Source: Octopus sinensis (taxonomy: Eukaryota). Taken from it: 64,000 bases of DNA. Both the position numbers and the translations under genes were made by a program. The notes under the pieces were generated by a model that saw only the letters and a program-made list of their open reading frames with translations, did no database searches and had not been told where the DNA came from. Of the stretch, positions 51,755-64,000 are shown one piece after another (position 1 is the stretch's first letter; each line of letters opens with the position of its first letter). The stretch is taken from contig NW_021833638.1 of NCBI RefSeq assembly GCF_006345805.1, positions 1 to 64,000 on the forward strand, read 5' to 3'.

Positions 51755-52275
51755 TCTATATATCTATATATATAAAACTGTAGTTGTGTGAGTGTCTGTC
51801 CCCTTCGATTTAGATTCCTAACTACTCCAACATCTTGCGGTGCAGTTTAACCAAATTCGGGTATCTTATAGTCGTGATTCATATCGAGCCCGTCTGAGTA
51901 TTAGCGCGCGTCTACGATGAGTCTACGATTTTAAAAATAATTTAACATCATTTTTTATTCCATTTTAATGCATAATTTTTCGTGTGTCGATGGCGGCGGA
52001 GTTGGCGTCCATGGTCCACCTGCACCTGTTTGCTTCTCCCCCTTCTTCCCTCCCTCGTGAAGCTGTGGGGAAGGGAGAGTGTAAGGAAATCAACGTCGTA
52101 AAGCGTTGTCAAGGAGACCAGCGTTCTTTTAGAACAACGACTTCATGGCTTGAAGACACCAAAACAGAAATGGCTAAGAAAGCCCGAATTGGCATCTATA
52201 AGGGAAGTAACTCTCTAAAAATGCTTATATAGTTATTTCCCTTACAAACCCGAGCAACGCCGGGCGATCTGCTAG
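51755..52275 (+). mobile_element. Non-autonomous Helitron, second subfamily with extra internal sequence
   Basis: TC start, hairpin and CTAG|T end; shares both ends with 37067-37457. Confidence 0.8.
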
Positions 52276-52486
52276 TATATGTGTATATAGTTAAAATGGA
52301 GTTAAGAGACCATACAAATCTGAGATTTTGGTTCAAAAGTAAATAAAGCTGGAAAGAGCACAAATGTATATTTTAGAGAATGTTTAATACTTTTATGTTA
52401 TAGCGAGTGATTTAAAATATATCTGAATTCAGTCACTGCAACAAAAATATTAAACATTCTCTAAGATACACTTTCTGCTTTTACAA

Positions 52487-52918
52487 TTTACTCTTTACTC
52501 TTTTACTTGTTTTAGTCATTTGACTGCGGCCATGCTGGAGCATCGCCTTTAGTCGAACAAATCGACCCCGGGACTTATTCTTTGTAAGCCCAGTACTTAT
52601 TCTATCGGTCTCTTTTGCCGAACCGCTAAGTAACGGGGACATAAACACACCAGCATCGGTTGTCAATCAATGCTAGGGCGACAAACACACACACACACAT
52701 ATATATACATATATACGACGGGCTTCTTTCAGTTTCCGTCTACCAAATCCACTCACAAGGCTTTGGTCAGCCCGAGGCTATAGTTGAAGACACTTGCCCA
52801 AGGTGCCACGCAGTGGGACTGAACCCGGAACCATGTGGTTGATAAGCAAGCTACTTACCACACAGCCACTCCTGCGCCTATAAGCCACTCCTGCGCCTAT
52901 AGCCACTCCTGCGCCTAT
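52487..52918 (-). mobile_element. SINE family A with a triplicated 5' end
   Basis: AGCCACTCCTGCGCCTAT(A) occurs three times at 52864-52918. Confidence 0.85.
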
Positions 52919-53314
52919 ATATATATATATTATATATACAAAGAAGCCCGTCCTATATGTGTGTGTATGTGTGTATGTATGTGTGTGTGTATGTGTGTTT
53001 GTGTCTTTGTTAGTGCCTCCACCATCATCGATTGACAACCGATGTTGGTGTGTTCTAGGCTTACAAAGAATAAGTCCTAGGGTAGATTCCTTCGACTACA
53101 AGCGGTGCTCCTGCATGGCCGGAATCAAATGACAGAAAGAAATATAAAGATTAAAGAATAAATGAATATATTGTACGACACGAATAAGAGGAAAAGTTTG
53201 TTGTAATTGTTCTTAAATAAATGACCGTTTTTGTTTTCACTTGAAACACAAGATATTGCGGACAGTAGATCAATGATGCGAGCGTAGACATTTAGCTAAA
53301 AAATCTGGGATAAA

Positions 53315-53485
53315 CAGGAGTGGCTGTAAGGTGAGTAGCTTGCTTACCAACCACATGGTTCTGGGTTCAGTCCCACTGCGTCGTACCTTCGGCAAGTGTC
53401 TTGTACTATAGCCTCGGGTCAGCCAAAGCCTTGTGAATGGATTTGGTAGATGGAAACTGAAAGAAGCTCGTCTCATATATATATG

Positions 53486-53538
<53 letters not shown>

Positions 53539-53740
53539 ATGTGTTTATGTTTGTCCCCCCAACATCGCTTGACAACCGATGGTGGTGTGTTTACGTCTCC
53601 ATAACTTAGCGGTTCGGCCAAAGAGACCGATAGAATAAGTACTAGGCTTACAAAGAATAAGTCCTGGGGTCGATTTGCTCGATTAAAGGCGGTGCTCCAG
53701 TATGGCCACAGTCAAATGACTGAAACAAGTAGAAGAGTAA
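53315..53740 (+). mobile_element. SINE family A
   Basis: Near full-length match. Confidence 0.85.
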
Positions 53741-55124
53741 TGGCGCGTGAATACACTTTCTGAAACTGTCTGACAAAATCTAGGACTAGGCTGCTGCTCT
53801 GACGTTATCACACAGATGCTCTAATGTAACCGAAGTGGATGTTGGTGACTTAAGAGTCACCACTTCCCCGGTTAACTAAAACACATTCAACTATAAACAG
53901 ATGATAGACGTGTATGTCTTCCGCTAACAATGGCACGTTAATACAAACTAACTGGAATACCCATCATAAACACACGCAGACAAGCAGACACTTACATTTA
54001 TACTTATGTATACACATGTACGAACCACTTACAAACACATACACTCGCGGACACAAACATAAATGCACACGTACTTGTGTGATTGCTTAACAGTTACTTT
54101 TCTTTCTTTTTTTGTGTGTGTGTTCCTTTGATAATTCATTGTATTTTTTGTGTTTTCGGTTAATTTTTCGTGGTTATGTATTTTCACTACAACGTTTAAC
54201 CCTTTCTCCAATGACCTCATTCAGTTTTTCATCTCGTGTCTTCAATGTGGAATCTGTAATCCATCAAACAGATCTAAATACACTAGCATATTATGTTTAT
54301 ATACACCCACAAATGCAGAAAGCATCATGTGTTTGTGTATATATATTTGTATGCAGTCTGTATATCAGTGTGTGCGTGTGTGGATGTAAATGTAAATTCT
54401 TAGAATTTGAATTATAATGGTGTGTGGTCGTTTTCTATAAAAGGAAATGTAGACTATTTGTTATGAAAATTCTTTTTTTTTCTTAATTTTTTTATGAAGA
54501 CGGTTTCCTTCTGATGTTTGGTGAGAAACATCCGACTAAATGACTTTTATAGAGAATAGTTTATTTCTTCTGAGACGATATGGGAACCTCCAGTGCCATA
54601 ATTCAACTAACTCGAGACGACAGCTGAAATTACACCCGGCTGTCCTGTGTCATCTTAAATGCATTATAAGGCGGTCAGCTAGCAGGAGGCGGTGAGCTAG
54701 CAGAACCGCAACAAAAATCGGACAAATTGCTAAGCGACATTTCTTCCGGATCTTAAGGTTCTGAGTTCAAATATCACCGAGATCAACTTTATCAAGTACC
54801 AGTGACATACTGTGGTCAATATAATGGACTTGTCCCCCTCCCTTCAAGATAGCTGACCTTGAACTCTACAACGGACTGGCATCTGGTTCAAGATGTTGTG
54901 ATCCCGGTTACCATGGAAACTGGGTAACCAGCCTTATGAGTCCTCGGGCTGACTCAAGAAAAATAAAGCCACAAAAAACATTCTGTCTTAAAACAACAAC
55001 TACACTTAATCGCATGTCGGCTCCATCAATGCTTTTATTACCATGACAGTAACAGCAAGAACAACAACTGAACCAAAGAAAAATATAATCTGGAATTCAC
55101 ACTGACGATCATCAAGTTATATTC

Positions 55125-56370
55125 TTACTCTCTTTTACTTGTTTCAGTCATTTGACTGCGGCCATGCTGGAGCAGCGCCTTTTGTCGAGCAAATCAACCC
55201 CAGGACTTATTCTTTGTAAGCCTAGTACTTATTCTGTCGGTGTTTTTTGCCGAACTGCTAAGTGACGGGGACGTAAACACACCAGCATCGGTTGTCAAGG
55301 GATGTTGGGGGGACAAACACAGACACACAAACACATACTTATATATATATATATACATATACATATATCCGGCGGGCTCGTATGTGTAAATTCTTAAATG
55401 ATATTTTTGTTTTTCACTAGAATTATAAAAGATTGAAGAGAAAGTACATGAGAGTTAGACACTTAATTCTGGATAATCTATTCTGGAATAAAGTAATGGC
55501 CTATTCATGCACTTACTGAAACTGTCTGGCAAATTCTAGGACTTTAATGCTATACTCTCTTTACTCTTTTACTCTTTTATTTGTTTCAGTCATTTGACTG
55601 TGGCCATGCTGGAGCACCGCCGTTAGTCGAGCAAATCAACACCAGGACTTATTCTTTGTAAGCCTAGTACTTGTTCTATTGGTCTATTTTGCCGAACCGT
55701 TAAATTACGGGGACTTAAACACACCAGCATCGGTTGTCAAGCGATGTTGCGGGGCGGGGGGGGGGTGACAAACACAGACACACAAATATATACACACACA
55801 TACATATATATATGCATATATACGACGGGTTTCTTTCAGTTTCCGTCTACCAAATGCACTCACAAGGCTTTGGTAGGCCCGAGACTATAGTAGAGGACAC
55901 TTGCCCAAGGTGCCACGCAGTGGGACTGAACCCGGAACCATGTGGTTGGTAAGCAAGCTACTTTTTTACTCTTTTACTCTTTTACTTGTTTCAGTCATTT
56001 GACTGCGGCCATGCTGGAGCACCGCCTTTAATCGAGCAACTCGACCCCGGGACTTATTCTTTTGTAAGCCCAGTACTTATTCTATCGATCTCTTTTGCCG
56101 AACCGCTAGGTAACGGGGACATAAACACACCACCATCGGTTGTCAAGCAATGTTAGGGGGACAAACACAGACACGCAAACACACACACGCATATATATAT
56201 ATACATATATACGACGGGCTTCTTTCAGTTTCCGTCTACCAAATCCACTCGCAAGGCATTGGTCGGCCCGAGGCTATAGTAGAAGACACTTGCCCAAGGT
56301 GCCACGCAATAGGACTGAACCCGGAACCATGTGGTTGGTAAACAAGCTACTTAACACACAGCCACTCCTG
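55125..56370 (-). mobile_element. Three SINE family A copies (55125-55380, 55552-55962, 55963-56370)
   Basis: The last two abut directly head to tail and differ in sequence, so they are separate insertions. Confidence 0.85.
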
Positions 56371-56452
56371 TATCAAGGACCTATAATCCTTTAGGGGATG
56401 CTAGCATTCTAGGTCTTTCGGTTTATATAGGTATACAAAATATTTATGAATG

Positions 56453-56870
56453 AAAAAAAGAAGAAATTGGAGAAACTGGCACGCAGACATCAGTTTATTT
56501 AGAAATATTCAAATCCATATAATGAAATTCCAGTTCTGCAACTGTTTCCATATCCAATTAGTTCAATTACAGAAACTAAATTCAATTAATTTACTTCAAA
56601 TTTTCAGGTTCAAACCGAGTCAGTCGTAGGTCAACCAACACGATGAAATGTAACTCTCTTTTGGAAAAGTCTTCTCTGATGAAATGCCAAATTATCCGGT
56701 TTCAAGATAAAAATGTAAATTAATTTAATTTAAATCAATGTAATTTAATTTCGGCAGTTTAACTTATTGGATATAGAAACAGATGTAGGGTTGGAATTTC
56801 AATAAATGTATTTCAATATTTTTAAAATAAACTGATGTCTGCATGTCAATTTCTCCATTTTCTTGTTTTT
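56453..56870. repeat. Old fold-back (about 150-bp arms)
   Basis: 56453-56601 versus the reverse complement of 56717-56870, about 80% identical by eye. Confidence 0.7.
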
Positions 56871-56999
56871 CTCATATATAATATATATATATATATATAT
56901 ATAATTACCTCTCTCTGCCCCTCTCTCTCTATGTCTCTCCTCTCTCTCTCGCCTCCTCTCTCTCCCCTTCTCTCTCTCTCTCTCTCTCTCTAATATATA

Positions 57000-57047
<48 letters not shown>

Positions 57048-57349
57048 TTGTGTGTGTGTGTGTGTTTGCATGTGCGTATATGTGTGTTTGCGTGTACGTA
57101 TCTTTGTGTCCCTGTATGTTCCCCTCCACAGATTTTTGCTGTTTTTACGTCCCCGTAATTTAGCAGTTCGGCAAAAGCTCCCAATCAAATAAGTAGACGC
57201 ACTAGAGTAAAAGAGAAATCAAGTACTGGGGGCGATTAGTTCGACTTAAATCTCTCAAGGTGGTGGTCCAGCATAGCCATAATTTAGTGACTGAAATAAG
57301 TAAAAGATTAAAATATATGTACGTATGTATGTATGTATTCATGTGTATG

Positions 57350-57383
<34 letters not shown>

Positions 57384-57552
57384 ATATAATACGTATGAAA
57401 AATCATATCTTTATTCATATCTCACCTTTCATTCAGTCTGCTATAATAAATCCAAAAGCACATATAAAACATCCAAAGTTATATTGTTTTCCCTCTGAAG
57501 ATATTATGCTCAGTCATATAAATAAAAATTTAATATTCACTTAATATATATA

Positions 57553-57620
<68 letters not shown>

Positions 57621-57622
<2 letters not shown>

Positions 57623-57818
57623 CCATTCATATGTGACCGCATGTGTATCGTTGGCGATTTTTTCTCCGTCTTCCTTTTCCTATGTTTCTGACGAAGAGCT
57701 CTGCTTGAAACGTTAAATCCTCCTTCTTTCTTTTCCTGAGCGTCCAATAACATTATACATGTTCCACGTCCTCGCGTTGTTGTGTTTTCTCTTTGTGTTT
57801 TCATGTTTGGAGTAACTT
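57621..57818 (+). mobile_element. Family H1 short repeat with a hammerhead motif, between (TA)n tracts
   Basis: GTTT-CTGACGA-A-GAGC-TCT-GCTT-GAAA-CGTT-AAAT at 57684-57718. Confidence 0.7.
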
Positions 57819-57859
57819 TATATATATATATATATATATAATATATATATATATATATA

Positions 57860-58097
57860 GGGAGAATTCACAAAAAACAAAAAACGAAGACAGGTGGTGG
57901 AGACAACAATCAGATATATTACTATAACGCTCGGAAGTGAAAAGTCTTTAACGTTTCGAGCCCCACGCTCTCCACAGAAAAGAACACAGAAATAACAAGG
58001 AGAGAACAAAGAATGTGTAGTGGCTAAGTGTAGAATATGTAGTAGTTCGTGGGTGATGAGAGGAGACAGGGTCAACCGGTGCGACCACACATTCTTT
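57860..58097 (-). mobile_element. Related (TA)n-embedded repeat with a degenerate hammerhead motif
   Basis: CTTT-TCTGTGGA-GAGC-GTGGG-GCTC-GAAA-CGTT-AAAG at 57946-57982. Confidence 0.5.
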
Positions 58098-58150
58098 TAT
58101 ATATATATATATATGTATATGTATATATATATAATATATATAATATATAT

Positions 58151-58213
<63 letters not shown>

Positions 58214-58760
58214 AGAGAGAGAGAGGGAGGAGGAGAGAGACGTGCTTATGTATGTGTGTCTTTGTATTTGTCCCACTGCTTGGCAAATGGTGTTAGCTTC
58301 TTCAAGTTCCGTAACTTAGCGGTTTGGCAAAAGACATCTATGGTATTCGTACAAGAATTTAAAACAAGAAGGATATATTGCAGTTAATTTGTTCCACTCA
58401 ACCCTTCAAATCGGTGCCTCAGCATGGCCGAAGACCAATGACTTAAACGAGGACAAGGCAAAAAATGAAGGATTGATTTGTTGGAGTGTTGACTGTTATT
58501 TCTAGCGAATCAAGCAACCAGAATCTCCTTCAGCGGCTCATAACTGAAGTGTTTTCAACAACATGAATCATATTATATCTGATAGCTTTTCCGCTTTTGC
58601 TCGTTTTCTTTCGCTATTTTTGTCCTAAGACAAGCTGTTTATTTCAAATAAGTTCTTATGTATTTATTTATTCAGTTAGTTATATACTTATATATGTGTT
58701 GTGTGTGTGTGTATATACATGTGGGTGTGTGCACTTATGTACACGTTCATTATAAAATAT

Positions 58761-58809
<49 letters not shown>

Positions 58810-58926
58810 GTGGTGTTTGTGTGCACATACATAAATACATACACACACACTTATTTCAGTCAGACTTTAGGCTGCACTAAATTATGTAAGTGAATACATA
58901 CATACATAGACACACACACACACACA

Positions 58927-58958
<32 letters not shown>

Positions 58959-59112
58959 TATATATCTTATATATATATATATATATATATATACTATATA
59001 TATATATTATATATATATATGTACAGACACACATACAATTTATATTTCATACTATATATATACATATATACAATATATACATAACGTATATATATATCAT
59101 GTACGTACATAA

Positions 59113-59149
<37 letters not shown>

Positions 59150-59267
59150 TATATAATGTATATATAAATGTAATTATACATATATACATACATAAATACA
59201 TACAACATACATGCAAATACATCTACATACATACATACATACATACATACATACATACATACATACA

Positions 59268-59301
<34 letters not shown>

Positions 59302-59429
59302 CGTACATACATACATGTATATTCATATATATCTTCATTTATTTATTTCGGTCAGAGTCAGAGTGTACACTGCACTGAGTTAACACACATGATTTCACGG
59401 CTATAGTCAGACACAAAGCCCACACAAAC

Positions 59430-59580
59430 AAACACAATGATGATTATGATAATGCTGATGATGACGGCGGTGGCGGCGGCGGCGACTACGAAGTCGACGA
59501 AAACAACAACGCCATTAATATTTAATGATTGTTTTTGACTTGGCACAAAACTAGTTTCAATGATGACATCATGCTGCTGC

Positions 59581-59611
<31 letters not shown>

Positions 59612-60600
59612 TATGATGATGATGATGAGGATGAGGATGAGAAGGATGTGGATGATGGTAATGATGACATGTTAATTTTCTTATTTGCCACAGGCCCATA
59701 ATTGGTGAAAACACTGCAAACGTAGTGACGAAGACGACGACGATGATGATGATGATGATGATGATGAAGTGGTGTGGCGATGGTGAGATGAGGTGATTAT
59801 AGTTGATGATAATGATGATGGTGATGATGACGACGATGATGATATGATGATGACGATGACGAGACGTGATGGATGATGATGACGATGATGATGATGATGA
59901 TGATGAGGATGGTGTTGGGAGGGTGATGATGATGGTGATATAGTGTGATAATGATTGTTTGATGATGACGGACGATGTGATGATGATGATGTGACGATGA
60001 CGATGGACGATGATGGTGATGATGACGATGATGATGGTGATGATGATGAAGATGGTGTTGGCGATGGTGATGATGATGGTGATTATAGTGATGATAATGA
60101 TGATGTTGATGATGACGACGATGATGATGATGATGATGACGATGACGATGACGATGATGGTGATGATGACGATGATGATGATGATGATGATGAAGATGGT
60201 GTTGGCGATGGTGATGATGATGGTGATTATAGTGATGATAATGATGATGTTGATGATGACGACGATGATGATGATGATGATGACGATGACGATGACGATG
60301 ATGGTGATGATGACGATGATGATGATGATGATGATGAAGATGGTGTTGGCGATGGTGATGATGATGGTGATTATAGTGATGATAATGATGATGTTGATGA
60401 TGACGACGATGATGATGATGACGATGACGATGACGATGACGATGATGGTGATGATGATGATGATGATGATGATGATTGATGATGAAGATGGTGTTGGCGA
60501 TGGTGATGATGATGGTGATGTGATTATGTGATGATAATGATGATGTTGATGATGACGACGATGATGATGATGACGATGACGATGACGATGACGATGATGG

Positions 60601-60631
<31 letters not shown>

Positions 60632-60735
60632 ATGAAGATGGTGTTGGCGATGGTGATGATGATGGTGATTATAGTGATGATAATGATGATGTTGATGATG
60701 ACGAAGATGATGATGATGATGATGACGATGACGAC
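59430..60735. repeat. (GAT)n array containing a 144-150-bp higher-order minisatellite (about 6 units)
   Basis: The marker GAAGATGGTGTTGGC occurs at 60048, 60192, 60336, 60484 and 60634, with a variant at 59905. Confidence 0.9.
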
Positions 60736-60772
60736 TGCTTAGATGAAAGTTCTCAGTTAATGAAAAAATAGT

Positions 60773-61170
60773 TTGCGTGGTTGTGTGGTAAGTAGCTTGC
60801 TTACCAACCACACGGTTCTGGGTTCAGTCCCACTGCGTGGCACCTTGGGCAAGTGTCTTCTACTATAGCCTCGGGCCGACCAAAGCCTTGTGAGTGGATT
60901 TGGTGGATGGAAACTGAAAGAAGCCCGTGGTATATATATAATATATATATATTATGCGTGTGTATATGTCTGTGTGTCTGTGTTTGTCCCTCCAACATCG
61001 CTTGACAACCGGTAGTGATGTGTTTACGTCCCCTAACTTAGCGGTTCGGCAAAAGAGATCGATAGAATAAGTACTAGGCTTACAGAGAATACGTACTGGG
61101 GTCGATATGCTCGACTAAAGGCGGGACTCCAGTATGGCCACAGTCAAATGACTGAAACAAATAAAAGAGT
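60773..61170 (+). mobile_element. SINE family A
   Basis: Near full-length match. Confidence 0.85.
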
Positions 61171-62051
61171 ACATAGACGTTCGCATGGCTGTGTTGTTAA
61201 GAAGGTTGCTTTACAGCTTCGTGGTTTCGGGTTCAGAATCACCGTGTTTCATCTTAGACAAGTGTCTTCTACTAGCCCAATGCTGGCCAATGCCATTCTT
61301 AATGAATTTCGTAGACGGAAACTGTGTGGAAGCTCAGTATATATATATATAAATAAATAAAACATATGCATATATATATACATATATGTATGTACCTACC
61401 TCTACATGTATATATACACGCATATATGAGTACAGGACACCAAAAAACGTCGAACACAATGAGAAACGAAAACATAGACACAAACCCAAGGAACTGAACA
61501 TTTTTTTAACAACAAAAAATAGAGTACAGGACAATTAACACAAAGAAAAACCCCTTCTTCAGTCGCCATGGTTTCATCTACTCTACGTTTCGAAGGTGAA
61601 GGCGAGACGTATCTTCGATAAGAAACATTCCTTCCTGCGAAAAGCAAATTAATTAAAATTTGAGATCTTTTCGCAGAGGAGTAAAAATGGTAACAAAAAG
61701 AGGACAGTAACCACAGTACAAAATATAAGCAGTAAAAGACAGGACAAGGAAAAACAAGATAAGAAGGGCTGTTAACGCCGAACGATAAAAAGTATTACGA
61801 ACGCTGATTTTCTGTGAACGACGAACAGAGAAAAAAGAATTGCCGTCCACACCTTGAGAAGGTCAAGCTAGAAAAGACAGTAGCGGAAGTCTCGTCGCGG
61901 GTCAACGACGGGAGGGGGGAGGAGCAAGAGAAAGGGAGAGAAGAAAGGGGAATAGTTGTGAGGAAACCATGAAGAATGAGAGAGAGGGAGAGACAAGTTT
62001 AGTAGAGGAAAAGGAAATCAAAGAATGAAGGCTGAGAAAGGGATGGGACAG

Positions 62052-62110
<59 letters not shown>

Positions 62111-62629
62111 GGGGGTGCGTATCTGTGTGTGTATATGTATGTGAGTGCATGTGTGTGTGTATGCCTCTGTGTTTGTCAGTTCTGCTGCTTCTCAAGAATC
62201 GGTGTAGATTTATTGGTTTGTTTTCGTTCCCGGATTTAGCGGTTCGTTAAAAGTGGCCGATAGAATAAGTGCTAGACTTATAAATAAGAAAAAAGACTGG
62301 GGGTCGATATTTTTTGAGTAAGCCATTCAAGGTGGTGCCCATCATGGCCGAAATTCGATAAAAAAACAAAACAATTTTCCATCCCACTTGATTCCTCAAA
62401 TAAGGTACCACTCAAATACTGTAATTAGTATAACTGACTAAGCTACTCCAATAAAATAACAAGAACTGACAATTATTTCTGTAATAATTGGAAGTGAGAC
62501 TTGCAGATTAGTGGTAATCTGTATTGTATGTTTCAAAAATTCTAAGAAAAATTTTTGAGATTTAAGGTAACTTGTCATCAAACCCCTAGAATATCATCTC
62601 TGCTGGTTAAATGAGCATTTAATATCATT

Positions 62630-62840
62630 TTCTACTCTAGGCACAATGCCCGAAATTTTTGGGAAGGGGACCAGTCGATTTGATCGACTCCAGTACGCAA
62701 CTGGTACTTAATTTATCGACCCCGAAAGGATGAGAGGCAAATCGATCTCTGCAGAATTTGAACTCAGAACGTAAAGACAGACGAAATATCGCTAAACATT
62801 TCGCCCGGCGTGCTAAGGTTTCTCCCAGCTCGCCACCTTA
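62630..62840 (-). mobile_element. SINE family B, alternative tail
   Basis: Head GGTGGCGAGCTGG; tail ...CCCAAAAATTTCGGGCATTGTGCCTAGAGTAGAAA. Confidence 0.8.
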
Positions 62841-63787
62841 TGAGCATTTAATATCGTACGGAAATCTATGGTGGTGTGCCGGCAGATTCGCTAGCACATG
62901 AACAAAATGTTGAGGAGCATTTCGTTCGTCGTTACATCCTGAGTTCGAATTCTTTCCTGGTCGATAGAATAAATACTACCTAAGTACTGGTTAATTTAAT
63001 CAACTTACCTTCTTCCACGAAAATGCTGGCATGGATCAAAATTTGAAACCAATATTTTCCGCCAAAAAAAAAAAACGATAGCAAAATTAACAATTCCTAA
63101 TATAGACACAAAGCCTGAAATTTGGGAGAGGTTGCTAATCATTACAAAGAATCCAGTACTTCGTTTTACCGACAACGATGGAATGGAATATAAAGTTGAC
63201 TCTAGCGTGATGAGATCTATGAACAAAAGCCACAGTTATTCTGGAGCCTCTAACGCCTATAGCAAAACAGTAATATTCTAACTATTTAACCGCTAATCGC
63301 AAATGCATGCAATTTATTGATGCATACCAAATATGAAGTGGAGACAAGTATACAAATTCAAAGAAAGCATGCAAATATTCACATAGAATAACTAATTAAA
63401 AGTCTATAGTAAAACACGCAATTATATATATAATGTATAATATAAACTTCAAACAATATATAAAGCACGACTAGCACTCAAGGTGCTACCCACACAAAGT
63501 TGTAAATCTAGCAGCTGGGCTTTATCAGTGCAACTCATTGTTGCGATCAGATTCACAGCTCCGTCTGGCTTGTATCAAATACCAAAAATCTGTTAATCCG
63601 AGGGATTTGGGTGTTGGAAATGGCAAAAAATAGTCCATGTCCTACCTATTGTTTCAGTATATGTTTTCGCACAAATAAGGCGTTTTTCTTAGGGTATGGG
63701 GTCTATATCTAGCATGTTCTACGGAGCGAACTTCATTCAAGCGTATATCTGTTCGTAGTCTGTTCCATAGTTCTCTCTCTTTTGCTG

Positions 63788-64000
63788 TTTTACTCTTTTT
63801 CTTGTTTCAGTCATTTGAATGCCGCCATGCTGGAGCACCGCCTTTAGTCGAGCAAATCGATCTCAAGACTTATTCTTTGTAAGCCTAGTACTTATTCTAT
63901 CGGTGTCTTTTGCCGAACCGCTAAGTGATGGGGGCATAAACACACCAGCATCGGTTGTCAAGCGATGTTGGGGGGACAAACACATAAAAACGCACACACA
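63788..64000 (-). mobile_element. SINE family A, cut by the window end
   Basis: Matches the family A 3' part. Confidence 0.8.

Noticed and set aside
59955-60531. Poly-Asp and poly-Met ORFs as an aspein-like protein
   Set aside because: They are explained by a (GAT)n-derived minisatellite; the frame is broken in flanking units and there is no gene structure.
61545-61630. Hammerhead-like pieces (GAAACGTA and CTGAAGA) on the minus strand
   Set aside because: The order would need type II topology, and stem I does not pair.

Overview
AT-rich, repeat-saturated eukaryotic DNA. The SINE families and microsatellite load point to an octopod cephalopod (inference from remembered octopus repeats, not a database hit). 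No intact host gene, rRNA, functional tRNA or CRISPR array is supported, and most predicted ORFs are microsatellite read-throughs. Contents: more than 40 copies of several tRNA-derived SINE families, CR1/L2-group LINE 3' ends, Tx1-like and R4/Dong-like retroelement remnants, three decayed Tc1/mariner-superfamily transposons, a TA-flanked MITE, four non-autonomous Helitrons, and a Penelope-like element (PLE) present as a 5.3-kb head-to-head palindrome. The strongest signal is a family of fold-back insertions at several scales (arms of about 90 bp to 2.2 kb). In the clearest cases (1209, 28182, 43280) a long arm carries a shorter inverted copy of itself and a minimal type I hammerhead ribozyme motif. 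One example has a tRNA-like head and a 9-bp target-site duplication inside a decayed transposase ORF. About a dozen hammerhead-like motifs occur in 64 kb. Also notable: three retroelement lineages each sit in a different microsatellite, and a LINE and a SINE share a 3' tail with a covarying hairpin. All coordinates and alignments were read by eye; SINE boundaries are approximate.
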